DNA from: Setoptus koraiensis
Taxonomy: Eukaryota > Animalia > Arthropoda
Length of the DNA: 64,000 nucleotides
Direction: 5' to 3'
NCBI GenBank assembly: GCA_048013815.1
Contig: CM106586.1
Location: 22,940,001-23,004,000, forward strand
Shown: one piece after another, positions 1-11,090 of the stretch
Layout: the number at the start of each line of letters is the position of its first letter
Position numbering within the stretch: position 1 is the stretch's first letter
Translations under genes and position numbers: made by a program
Notes under the pieces: model-generated
Told to the model about the DNA's origin: nothing
Seen by the model: the letters and a program-made list of their open reading frames with translations, nothing else
The model's database searches: none

Positions 1-2
1 TG

Positions 3-1319
3 AATAACAATCAACAGGGAAGACAGAAGCTTCATACACATAATCCAAACGTCGGCAACAATGGTCATTCTTTGATGATGCCCTTATACGAGCCTCCATT
101 TAGAAATAAAAAATTAATTGAATCTATACTCCTAGGAAACAATATGGACCGCGACTGTAGGGATCTGGTCGCAAAATCTCTTGACAATTCGGAAGATCCC
201 TCAGGCCCTCGTAAGAATATTATCAGTTACGAGATGCTTGGAACTCGTGGTAGCAAGATCACACTCAATCCAAATGTTATGATCAAGTGTGTGCCTTTCA
301 CAGCTATTGATCGTATACAGCCCTTCAATGTTACCATTTCTACGAATGCTTTACTCCTTATAGATTTCCACAGTCATATTGTAAAAGGTGAAGTTGCTGG
401 GTACCTCGCCGGAACTTGGGATCTTAACACCCACAATTTGACCATATCACAAGCATTTCCATGTAGGGCAAAAATTAATGATGAAGCAACCGCTAAATCG
501 GTCGAAGAAGAAATCCGTGCTGAGATTGAGAAAAGAAAGTTGACTGTTGTTGGTTGGTATCACAGTCACCAAGGAAAATACTCTAATCATCCGACTTTAA
601 AAGATATCCAAAGCCAGATTGATTATCAGATAACCATGAAGGAATCAATAAATGGCTACTCACCCTGTATCGGTCTTATATGTTGTCCACATGACGCCAG
701 AACTAAAGGCGACGTGTCACCTACCTTCCAAATGTATTGGGTCATGCCGCCACCCGAACACTTACCCAATCTCTACGGTAGACCAATGCAGATGGTTTAC
801 TCAGTGACCAGAGATCTCTTTTTAACGCAAGACTTGTTGCTGGAGATGAGACTTTTAGCAAACCATTATGGTGATGCCTCAGAAATGGTTGATTTTAAAG
901 CAAATTTCATCTTTGACAGCGACATCACCAATCTTGATAAGCTCAGTGGATCAATCAGACCAAAACTACCCAAAGACTTACAGGAAAGCGAATACCCGGA
1001 CGAACCAGCTATCTGGAAGGCTGCCGTGGAGCATTTCTGGAAATTTCTGAAGAATCTAGTTGTGGATCATTCAGAACTCCCCGAGCAGTCAGGCTCTGGA
1101 ACTGACGATGAGGCCAAGCCTGTAGTGAATGAAGAAAAGCCAGTTGTAAGTGAAGAAGAGCCTGTTGTAAATGAAGAAAAGCCAGTTGTAAGTGAAGAGG
1201 AACCGGTTGTAAGTGAAGAGGAGCCCATGGAAGGTGAAGAGGAGGCAGTGGTGAGTGAAGAAAAGCCAGTGATAGATGAAGAAAAGCCTGTAGCGAATGA
1301 AGCCGAAGCTACCAACTGA
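3..1319 (+). CDS. MPND: MPN domain-containing protein (MPND-like JAMM/MPN+ family), 5' end outside window
   Basis: The frame is open from position 3 with no stop before the ORF-track start at 72. It contains MPND-type blocks 'LLLIDFHSH', 'GEVAGYLAGTWD', 'VVGWYHSH...PTLKDIQSQ' and 'FQMYWVMPPPE...YGRPM', then an acidic repeat tail. Confidence 0.85.
   Translation, partial: NNNQQGRQKLHTHNPNVGNNGHSLMMPLYEPPFRNKKLIESILLGNNMDRDCRDLVAKSLDNSEDPSGPRKNIISYEMLGTRGSKITLNPNVMIKCVPFTAIDRIQPFNVTISTNALLLIDFHSHIVKGEVAGYLAGTWDLNTHNLTISQAFPCRAKINDEATAKSVEEEIRAEIEKRKLTVVGWYHSHQGKYSNHPTLKDIQSQIDYQITMKESINGYSPCIGLICCPHDARTKGDVSPTFQMYWVMPPPEHLPNLYGRPMQMVYSVTRDLFLTQDLLLEMRLLANHYGDASEMVDFKANFIFDSDITNLDKLSGSIRPKLPKDLQESEYPDEPAIWKAAVEHFWKFLKNLVVDHSELPEQSGSGTDDEAKPVVNEEKPVVSEEEPVVNEEKPVVSEEEPVVSEEEPMEGEEEAVVSEEKPVIDEEKPVANEAEATN
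1116..1304 (+). repeat. Coding tandem repeat, 9 x 21 bp (consensus peptide [K/E]PVVSEE)
   Basis: KPVVNEE KPVVSEE EPVVNEE KPVVSEE EPVVSEE EPMEGEE EAVVSEE KPVIDEE KPVANEA at the MPND C-terminus. Confidence 0.9.
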
Positions 1320-1452
1320 AGATTTTTTCCTGGGACAAGTCTATAGTTTTTACAATCAGGAAGGACTATTTTCTCTTCCACTACTTGTTATTACGACCTC
1401 TCTCACTGTCAAGCATCAGAATATTTTTCGCAGAAACCGAGACACTTGTCGT

Positions 1453-1466
1453 TTCAAATTTCGCGC
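1453..1466 (-). promoter_or_regulatory. Putative E2F site plus CHR (DREAM-type composite) upstream of Fip1
   Basis: The minus strand reads GCGCG-AAA-TTTGAA. The plus strand has TTTCGCGC (E2F consensus TTTSSCGC) at 1459-1466, about 225 bp before the Fip1 ATG. Confidence 0.45.
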
Positions 1467-1689
1467 TGTATTCTACGCATGCTCTTGTAAACCTTTCGAT
1501 ATAAATAAATCGTGAGCACAATCGCTCCGATTCACCACCGAAATGTTCCTTTTCTTAACTTGGTCTACCGAGAATTAAATTGCTTACACTTGCTGCTCAT
1601 GGTAAAATTCCACAAGGCTACCATCTATTTGTGTATATTCTGTTGGTAATTTAAGTTACATATTGGTTGCACAATTAAAATATATCAGC

Positions 1690-3009
1690 ATGGAGGAGGT
1701 GGCACAGTCCAGTGAAATGGAAGAGGTAGCACCGCCCAGCGCAGTGGAAGAAGAAGTTCCTCAAAATACTGAAGCACCGATAGATGACGAGGAGCACTTC
1801 GACGAGGAGGAAGATGATGATGATGACGATGATGATGATATTCAAGTTACTATTGGTGATGTATCTTCAGTCACACAGAGCAATCTTAGAATTAAGCAAC
1901 GCCAAACACCTCAAATTACTAAACCAAAGTCAGGTATAGCTCTTGAAAGCACTGGAGACTTTCAAGGTAAACCAATAATCGATGTGAACCTAGATCAATT
2001 AGACGAAAAGCCTTGGCGCAAGCCAGGTGCTGACATTAGTGACTACTTCAATTATGGATTCAACGAGGACACCTGGAAAGCCTATTGCGACCATCAAAAA
2101 AAATTGCGATCCCAAGCCAATAACGATGGTGGGATCTGTGGTGAAATTCCTAACATTGAAACGATCAATTCTATATCGCAACACAACAGCGCACCAGAGA
2201 TCGTTGACATGGGCCCATCTCAAATACCAATCGCTACTGTGAATGAAAACTCGAAATACTCGGCTCACATGCAACCAATGAAAAAAGCAGGCCCACCTCC
2301 TGGTAGAAGAAATGCTGTTATAGATCTAATGTCTGGAAATAAACCAATAGAATCAGTATCATTACGTGGTATACCTGTGATTGTATCACAAAACAGGACT
2401 TTGCGTGAAATGGAGATGCATGCTGAAGAATCAGAAAGACTTCGCGTTGAACAAGAGCAAGCCAAAAGACGACATGATCAAGAAATGAGAAGACAACAAA
2501 TGGAGCAACGACAAAATCTGGAACGACAACAACTTTTGTGGCAATGGGAAGAACAAAAAAGACTAGAGGCGGAAAAACAATGCCAGCTTGAAAATGCGCA
2601 ACGTGAAGAACACGAACTACGAGAAAAACAGAAAGAAGAGTTAGAAAAGAAACGTGAAAGAGAGCGTGAACGTCTCAGAGATAAAGATAGAGAACGAGAT
2701 AGAGAGCGTGATAGAGAGCGGGAACGTGAACGTGACCGGGAGAGAGAGCGCGAACGTGTCAGAGATAAAGATAGAGACAGGGGTAGTAAGCGAGATAGAA
2801 ATCGTTCCCATGAACGCGACAGAGATAAAAGCGAAAAAAAGAAAGAAAAAGAACGCAGCGGTCAATTGGATAGATCAGTTCGAGACAGTGGCGATGGTTC
2901 AAGGAAGGAGAGCAAAAGAAAACGTGAAAAATCAAAAGATAGATCTTCATCGAGCTCTAAGAAGCACCCCGATATAGAGAGAGACAAAAAGAGAACCAAA
3001 ACTAAATAA
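1690..3009 (+). CDS. FIP1L1: Pre-mRNA 3'-end processing factor FIP1 (intronless)
   Basis: Acidic N-terminus with 'DDDDIQVTIG', Fip1 motif 'LDEKPWRKPGADISDYFNYGFNEDTWKAYC', and an RE/RD-rich C-terminus. The likely start is ATG 1690; the track start at 1663 is a TTG. Confidence 0.95.
   Translation: MEEVAQSSEMEEVAPPSAVEEEVPQNTEAPIDDEEHFDEEEDDDDDDDDDIQVTIGDVSSVTQSNLRIKQRQTPQITKPKSGIALESTGDFQGKPIIDVNLDQLDEKPWRKPGADISDYFNYGFNEDTWKAYCDHQKKLRSQANNDGGICGEIPNIETINSISQHNSAPEIVDMGPSQIPIATVNENSKYSAHMQPMKKAGPPPGRRNAVIDLMSGNKPIESVSLRGIPVIVSQNRTLREMEMHAEESERLRVEQEQAKRRHDQEMRRQQMEQRQNLERQQLLWQWEEQKRLEAEKQCQLENAQREEHELREKQKEELEKKRERERERLRDKDRERDRERDRERERERDRERERERVRDKDRDRGSKRDRNRSHERDRDKSEKKKEKERSGQLDRSVRDSGDGSRKESKRKREKSKDRSSSSSKKHPDIERDKKRTKTK
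2653..2778 (+). repeat. RE/RD dipeptide low-complexity coding repeat in FIP1
   Basis: Encodes RERERERLRDKDRERDRERDREREREDR-type sequence. Confidence 0.8.
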
Positions 3010-3103
3010 ATTATCAACTATTGGATCAATTTTCGTCTGAAAATGAGACAAGATTGTTGCTATTTCGGTGGCCTGAATTTGTTGTTATTCTATTGCATAT
3101 TAT

Positions 3104-4612
3104 TCAACTTAATCGGATTGTCTTCTTTATCCAAGGCATGTAGTAACCTATTCTTGTGTAGACGCCTGGGTATTCCGCCTCTGCACAACCATGACCAAAT
3201 GAGACAAGACCTAATTGGTACCATTTTTCCACAAAATTGCCCATATTGTTCCACATAAGAGGTCCACCGGAATCGCCTTGACAGGCATCACGTCTACCTT
3301 GAGGATCCCCAGCACAAATGAAATGCTCATCAATTGTAAGCCAACTAATATGAAGTCTACTATAATTCTTATTGCAAGCATCTGTATCAGTAACTTTTAC
3401 TTCAGCTTGTAGCAAAGCTTCACTTGTTGATCTTTCATCATTAATTACATAGCTATAATCTCTACTTAATAACGAGCCTCTATTGTCACTGCTCGTTATT
3501 TCTTTGTTCGTCTTCTTTTTCTTCTCCTCTCCAGTTCGCCTGTTTTGGTCTCTTTTCACATTTTCTGTCTTACCCCATCCTATAACTGTTACTTTCTGGT
3601 CAGTGAAGTCTATTCTACTGGTGACATTTGATGGCAGGCATATTGGTCTGGCCTTCAAAGGTAACTTGGTACCTTCCTTTAATTTTAACAGGGCTATGTC
3701 ATTTGCTTTGCGATCGACTCGATAATCTGGATGTATGTACACTTCTTCAACCTGGAAGAAAGGGTTTGAGATATCGTCTCGCTTCACAGCGGCAATCTGA
3801 AGGTAGAGTTCTTCTGGGTTCGTAATATCAAATCTCGATTGCTGGACACAATGAGCAGCGGTTAATATAAAGCGGCTACTTATCAGAGAACCACTACAGA
3901 TGAAACCAAGTTGACCATTAAGTGGATCACGTTCATATATAGCGACCGACCATGGCCAAAATCCATCTGTAACCTCATCACCACCAACTATATACATAAG
4001 CGATGCTGCCTCGCTGGGTCTAGTTCCACAACCTGAGTCTCCCCGGTCTGGTCGTCCGGCCAAAATTTCGTTGAATGACTCGTCCCCTTCAATCTCGTTG
4101 CCGCCAACTAATTTTTTTTCATGTTTCTTCAATGAGCTATTCATACGCCTATTAGGTAATGCTGTTTTATTATGACCTAGAAGGAACTCAAATGGTGATA
4201 GCATCACATCATTATTAATATTATCTTGACAGTGCAGATCATTCTTATCCTCTTCCAGACGTTTCAATGTTTTGTCCGCCGAATCACTCTGGTCGATCTT
4301 TGAAGTTCTAAGAAATTTTTTATGACGTAATATAGTAGTTTCTAAATTTGATTGACTATTCTTACCATCGACTTCAACTTTCTTTGGCATTGAGGCTTCT
4401 GTGAGTATTATACGCAATTTGGGAGCAATCATATCATGCAGAATTCTCTCTATAGCCGTAGATTGTTTATCACATGGGTTATTCGAAGTCATAATCACGG
4501 TTACTAGACTAAGGATAAATACCTTGTTCATAATAAGACTGGCTCTCAATCTGCCAGCATTTTTCAAAATTTGATCATGACGCTTTTCACAAGTTAAACC
4601 AAGCTGAACCAT
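3104..4612 (-). CDS. Trypsin-family (S1A) serine protease zymogen with long pro-region
   Basis: Catalytic triad motifs 'LTAAHC', 'NDIALLKL' and 'GDSGGP'. 'DACQGD' gives Asp189 (trypsin-like specificity). Activation site 'CGTRP...Y|IVGG'; 'PGVYTRI'. A hydrophobic segment 'MNKVFILSLVTVIM' lies near the N-terminus, so the true start is uncertain. Confidence 0.93.
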   Translation of the reverse strand: MVQLGLTCEKRHDQILKNAGRLRASLIMNKVFILSLVTVIMTSNNPCDKQSTAIERILHDMIAPKLRIILTEASMPKKVEVDGKNSQSNLETTILRHKKFLRTSKIDQSDSADKTLKRLEEDKNDLHCQDNINNDVMLSPFEFLLGHNKTALPNRRMNSSLKKHEKKLVGGNEIEGDESFNEILAGRPDRGDSGCGTRPSEAASLMYIVGGDEVTDGFWPWSVAIYERDPLNGQLGFICSGSLISSRFILTAAHCVQQSRFDITNPEELYLQIAAVKRDDISNPFFQVEEVYIHPDYRVDRKANDIALLKLKEGTKLPLKARPICLPSNVTSRIDFTDQKVTVIGWGKTENVKRDQNRRTGEEKKKKTNKEITSSDNRGSLLSRDYSYVINDERSTSEALLQAEVKVTDTDACNKNYSRLHISWLTIDEHFICAGDPQGRRDACQGDSGGPLMWNNMGNFVEKWYQLGLVSFGHGCAEAEYPGVYTRIGYYMPWIKKTIRLS

Positions 4613-7010
4613 AGTAGTGCGAGTAATTTAAGACCTATACCTGAGTATATAGGGCTGTATTTGTCAGCATTCAAATCAAATATTCTAAACAGTTTCTATG
4701 TGTGACGAATATATTCAGCGTTAATAGTTTTAATCCTGTACTACTGTATTACTGAGAAACTAATCTTGTTTTCTAGTGTGCGCTGGTTTTTTTTTTCGTT
4801 TAGAAGATGATAGGATGCATACGAGTATATGTATTGAATAATTTTCTAGACACGAGTTTTCGATCACTAATGAAGTGTTTGGTCACGACAATAAATTAGA
4901 TCTAGTCTCATATATACTTTTTCAAGTGGTCGAGTCGTAAGTGAGGGAAACTTTTCTGTTGTAAATAACGTCATCGTAACGTACATCCTCAATTTAGACC
5001 ATATTTAATCCCGAGGAGCTTCATGCTCATATATAACGGTTTTTCTCGGTACCGAGACTTTTTTGATTTAAGCTAATAATCGTTTCCTTGTTAGAGATTA
5101 TTGCTATAACAGTTTCAACACGTCACAACCGTATAATAAATGTCTCTAGCTATTTTTGAAGGGATCACTAATCATATATGATACTTGTTTGCGACATATG
5201 CGAATGAAGAGATTTCTATTCTCGCACTCTAGACAGAGATGTACTCAGAGTTCCGTATGATGATCCTATTGATGGTTGCAACAAAATAGTAACAGACTAC
5301 CGTTTTAACGCGAGTGACGAATTGTGTGTTTGTTGATTAATTAGTAGCAATTTCAAAATGTAAGCATTATTCGATTGCGGTAGTGTTAGATAACCTTGAA
5401 TAACGTAGCTGTGTATAGCTGGTTCAGTGTATTCGACTTAAATTATATATCATCACTATATATAACATATATAACTAGACTGTTCTTTATGTGTATCGCT
5501 TAGTTACATCTCACTTGACAACAATAGTTATATTGTGTGTTTTTGTAGTTTAAGGTCGGATTATTGATTGATGATACGCCTTCAGCTACCTGAACCAGGA
5601 AATCACTCGAGCTGGCCTTGTTGATAAATGACAAGCAGGGGACGATAATTTGAAGCTATGTACCTTACGGAACCAAAGAAAAATAGTCAAATCGGCTGTC
5701 GGCTCTTTTTTCTTGGGGAGACTATTCGAGACCCCCTCAAAGAATTTAGAGATAATTGTCTTTCTGCTAATCAAATAATTCTATCTAAGTTGACTGTCTA
5801 AGACTCTTGCGGGCACTAGAGAAATTTTAGTCAGTGACTGGAGATTTTTGGTGAACCGAATTGATTCGTGTAAAATATTCAAATTCAACTTGATCAAAAG
5901 TAAATCATGAGATCCTTTATCAACCATTTATATACTGTGGACAAAACTTAGTGTATGCATGCTCCCCGTTAAATTTTCCATAGTCACTACAATTTGTTTA
6001 ATAGATTCACTCAAGGAAGACATTGCAGCGTGAAATCTGTGAAAATTTACATTGTGACGATTCCGCCTATTAATAACATTTCCAACAGGACATTCATAGT
6101 CCGGCCTGTCAGAGCATTGCTCAGTCAAATGAAGTCTTTTGATTATATTATAATTTGATCGTTGAATTGAAACTGAAAGAATAAATTACCAATGCACAAT
6201 CTATTTTAGCTAATTAGTTAATATGCCAATCATATCTGATCATTATGGTTAGTGAACATTATTTGTGTTCAACAATAATCAACAAAAAATCCGAATGTTC
6301 TATGAGAAGTTCGTCAAATTTTGTGTCTGTTGTTTCAAGTTCAGTAACTTTACTGTGCAACTCAACAAGTTATTCACCAATTTTAATTTCTAGTTTTCAT
6401 TTCAATATATTATCACGATTCTGTATCATCAGGCATATATACATTAATATTGTACATAACTTTGCTGAAAGTTAGAGGTTATGAGATTCGGCATCACTTA
6501 TACAAATAATCAACTTATGACGTTGTTCAGATGAACTTACGGGGAAAGCTACTATCGCATCTACGAACTCTGATGAATCAGTATCACTAGAACATAAACG
6601 CAAGCTAGAACTGTAGAAGTAGTAGACCCATTTATGACAATGCTAATTTGTTGCAAGATTCGATCAGCATATATTAAGAGATATGACACACGTGAGGCCG
6701 TTGTCCTCTTCATTCCTATACATACTTTTGGTATTTACATGAATCATCGACGACACTGCGATAAATGACTCTTCAAAAGCTTGAAAATACTTTTTCACCA
6801 CATGTAGTCTCGGTGTGACCACCAATAGTGAAAGTAAGCTCGAGGGGTGTCCTATGATGTTAGCCAGCCCGAATCTTCTGATAGGAAGAACAACTTATGT
6901 GAAAGACATCAGATAAGTTTCACACTTCGGTAATTGTAAAGTTCCGAGCATGGTACTTCTGACAATTCAAGAGATTTAAATATATGACAACTCAGAACAT
7001 TGTTATACAG

Positions 7011-7083
7011 GCCTCGCTAGCTCAGTCGGTAGAGCACCTGGCTCTTAACCAGGTGGTCGTGGGTTCGAGCCCCACGTGGGGCG
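7011..7083 (+). tRNA. tRNA-Lys (anticodon CTT)
   Basis: Full cloverleaf: acceptor GCCTCGC/GTGGGGC, D arm GCTC/GAGC, anticodon stem CCTGG/CCAGG with loop CTCTTAA, T arm GTGGG-TTCGAGC-CCCAC; 73 nt. Confidence 0.97.
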
Positions 7084-7088
7084 CATAC

Positions 7089-7093
7089 TTTTT
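7089..7093 (+). terminator. RNA polymerase III terminator (T5)
   Basis: TTTTT begins 5 nt after the tRNA 3' end. Confidence 0.75.
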
Positions 7094-8196
7094 GCTGATT
7101 CCTCGCGAAGCAATCTTGCTTATTTGAGCATGATTTTTCAAATCAACGAAATCCACTCGTTTATTTCCTTGAGGCATCTTTTCTCTGTTTTTCGAAAATT
7201 CAACTTCAGAGAATCGGCACATCATCCAAGCATACTGCAAGTCCCATAAAAGCCACACTCTACTTTTGCACTGCTACACACGCACGTTCTTTGGATTTGA
7301 GCATCGCAATGTTTCATCGACTTCTTCCTTTGGTTGACCAATGAGAAAGATACCCTTCAGCAGAACTGTGTGCTTATGTGCAGTTGTATACCTGTTGTTT
7401 CTTGCATTGATCATGGCCCATGGCAGAACTATTTGTTGTTCTTTATTGCGGTGGTCAGCACAGCCGATAGCTATAGCTTGTTATAACAAGATTTCTGCTT
7501 GTGGCTCTGATGCATCAGGACCAATCTGTTGTTATTAATATATACAACTACATGGATATCATTTATATGCGTATGTGAATGATCCACCATCTATCTATCT
7601 ATACACATATATTTCTATCTATCCACACATATCCATATATATTTATATATGTATATATATATTTAAATATGTGTGTGCACAATCGAGGCAGGAGCATGGT
7701 AATTTATTCATGACTCATGAACTAGATTCCATTTACAGTATTTACGGCATAAATGGATGGACTAGAAAAGGAGTAGATGCTCACCTTATGTGATTACTAT
7801 TATTACTATTTTTATTATTGCTTCAAACCCTTTCTAACAGCGCCCATATTTAAATAATAATACATAGATGTCCATCTATCAGTAGATCCGACAACATAGG
7901 ACAGAGGGAACAATATTTTAAAAAGAAAAATATAGCCTAATTACCACAACGGACAATTGTTAGGGATGATTGCATGATTCGTCATTCATTATGATGACTT
8001 ATTGTAGTCGTTATCATCATCATCAGCATGACATTCAACTGGTAGCGCAACCACACGTTTCAATGCATCCTTATTTCCTTCTCTAATGAAGGGTTCTTCC
8101 ATTATAAACATACCATAATAAAGTGTACTATTTCACTTCAGTGGATGGTGGATCAATTTGTTTAACTAGTGTGCTATAGCAACAAAAACAATCGAC

Positions 8197-11090
8197 ATGT
8201 TGAGCACAACTACCCACCAAAACGCTTCAGCAGTGCGCCTAGGAGGCAATGTAAACCCTGATCAACAAGTGAATCATGTAAACAACAATATGACAATCTC
8301 AAATAATCATCCTAATTTCAATTCCCAAGCCGTCATTCCCAAGCAACCACCGCCACCCTCAAAACCACCACCACCACCACCGCCGCCACCTAGGAGCAAC
8401 TGTTATCAATCTCAGCCTCAAGCTAATAACGCCATCAACCCGTCATTGTCGTCGAATGCGTCATTGCACACTTTCAATAATTTTGGAGCTGGAATGATTG
8501 CTACAAATTCTGTTGCTTTGGCCAATAATAATTCAAACAATGGATTTGCATCTAATTGTAATTGTACCTTAAATAATGGTAATAATGAAAACAACAATAG
8601 CAGCGCTAATATTAACGGCAAGCAAAACAAATATCCCAATATGCAACCACGCAATACAAATTATCATCTTCATGGAAGTGCCAATTTAAGTCCAGGATCT
8701 AGTATATCTAGCCACAGCTCATTGTCTATGGTACCTTATCTAAGGAATGCAGGTGTTAGTTCACCTCATTGTAACTGTCATAGTACAAATGTTCAATCAA
8801 AATCTAATGTTCCTTCGACACTCGGCAGATTTGTTCACGATGAACTGAAACCTGGCTGTAATCATCTTCAAGATCATCACCATAGACTCTATCAACACAA
8901 ATGTAGCATAAATAATCATTCCTCAGGATCGCAATCGGCCGGCTCCACTAATTATGTCTCCTCGATAAATAACGACCATCTTGGTCTATCTTGTAGCGCC
9001 AATAATATGAATATCTGCCGAAGTGGACCAAATACTATAGCTAACGATACAGGCAGGTGTCAGTCCATGATGAATTGTGCCAAATCAAAGCAACAGTCGC
9101 AAATATTTCAAGCCTCTCCGGTATCAGTTTGTTGTTCTACATCTAACAAGCAAAGTCTCGTTGCGTCCGGCAACACAGCATCCATAGGACCCATCCTAGA
9201 TAGTAATGGCTTTGGAAAATCTATAAAGAATTGCATCAATTCTACCAATAAACAAATCCATGTCAACCATAAGCATAACTTTAGCGATAGTAGTTGCAGC
9301 ACCACAACAAACATAGACAACATGCAGCATAATCAACATCACCACAATCTAGGTTGCTTCAGAGCAGATATTGGGTCTATTGGCTGCTCGAGCGACCATT
9401 ATGGTCTATCAAGTGCTGCTAGTACTTCATCGGCCAACACGAGTAGTCTCTGTAGTTTCAATACAACCAATGATTTACCCCCTCCTTATCCACTGTCTAA
9501 AATCAATCAGCCTCTTCCGCCATTGCCAAGCCAGCCACCGCCGCCACCACCTCCTCCTCCAAAGGGCACTCTTCAGCAGAACTTGAATGGGAAAAACTCA
9601 CTTTCTTCGTATATCAGTCCACCTAATCACCAGTTAACAAATAAGCCACTCAACTCCAATACGAAACAATTGACGGCTTCGTGCAACACCAAGAGTAACA
9701 ATCATCCGATTTCAAAGAAATCCGACATACCCCCTCCGTTGCCTCCTCCCAATCCTGGTACAAAAATGGCAGCCAGTGGGCTGATAACTTCCAACGTAAG
9801 CGATAGCTCGTACATCAAATCTACATCCCCGGCTAGATCATGTGCTGTATGGTCATCTACATCGTCCAACTCATTAAACAATTTGTTGAATCATGATGTG
9901 ACACAACCAAAGCCGAGGGGGCCAACCGAGGCAGAACTCAAGTTAGAGGCCTTCACAAAGAATTATGAAAGCGAACTTGAGCATAATAGTAAAAATGGTG
10001 AACATCTCGGTATCTGTAACTACTGTGGCGAGAAAGTGAAGAATGCCAAGGATGCATGCCGTGCAATGAGACAAATCTTTCACGTGAATTGTTTTGTTTG
10101 CTGTCTGTGCAGACGAACCTTACGAGGTAAAACGTTCTACCATGTACAAGATAAGGTCTATTGTGAAGAGGATTACAAGGTAAGCTATCTGAAGCTTCGC
10201 ATTCTGAAACGCTCAATTCAGTGTATAACTGTAGAGAAAATAGTCTCATCTTAAGCTACATCTTATCTCCAACTCGATACAGTACTCAGGATTTCAGCAA
10301 TCAGTCGAACGATGTGCTGTGTGCAATCACCCAATCATAGACATGGTGAGTTATGTCAACCAATCATAATTTCAGTTTCACAAGTTGAGCACTTTTCTTT
10401 AACTTATCTTAACTTCTCTTTTCTTCGTGTTGAAAACTAAGATTCTTCAAGCTATGGGAAAATCATATCACCCATCATGCTTCAGATGCTGCATCTGCGG
10501 TAATTGTCTAGATGGTAAGTTTCGAAAAGTTTTTGTGCAAGTGATCGAAACGTACAAGCGCATCCCAGATTACATGAAAAACTCACGATAATGTATTCCT
10601 TGAATCTACAGGTGTGCCATTCACGATAGACATGAACAACAAAATATATTGTGTCAAAGACTATCACAGGTTAGTACTGATTCATCTTTTCGCTTGAACG
10701 TAGATCGATATTCATAAACTAATTAGCTCTATTCTACTAAATCAGACAATTCGCGCCTAAATGTGCTGCCTGCGGAGAACCCATCACTCCAATAGATGGA
10801 ACCGACGAAACAGTTCGGGTCGTTAGTATGGTAAGTGATAGATAAGAAACAAATCTAGTTTTCGGATGCATGATTTAGAATGCCCTCTAATTTGTTTTCA
10901 TTCCTCTGATATACTCAATGATCAGGATAAAGACTATCATGTTGATTGTTACTGTTGTGAAGTTTGTGGAATGCAGCTAACTGACGATGAATCCAAGCGC
11001 TGTTACCCCCTCGACGATCACCTCTTGTGCCAAAAATGCCATATAGACAAGCTGTCTGACAGAATCACGAATATAGCAAAATTACAATAG
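8197..11090 (+). CDS. jub: Ajuba/LIMD1/WTIP-family triple-LIM protein, about 808 aa; exons 8197-10179, 10283-10345, 10442-10514, 10612-10669, 10746-10830, 10926-11090
   Basis: Five GT-AG introns (76-103 nt) join in frame. They give LIM1 'CNYC...FHVNCFVC', LIM2 '[14 protein letters not shown]...[16 protein letters not shown]...VPFTID...IYCVKDYH' and LIM3 'FAPKCAAC...[18 protein letters not shown]...[10 protein letters not shown]', after a Pro/Asn/Ser-rich pre-LIM region. Confidence 0.92.

Noticed and set aside
1067-1381. 104-aa antisense ORF (TTGSSSL repeats), and similar antisense ORFs over Fip1, cadherin and PI3K
   Set aside because: These are shadow ORFs produced by stop-poor repetitive coding sequence on the other strand.
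3431-3574. Protease insertion as an unspliced intron (GG|GTAAGA donor-like)
   Set aside because: The donor-like sequence is the conserved GWGK codons, the insert is purine-rich and stop-free, and no in-phase acceptor preserves GWG.
7575-7700. TA-rich self-complementary stretch and ORF 7575-7793
   Set aside because: It is a low-complexity (TA)n-like sequence upstream of Ajuba.
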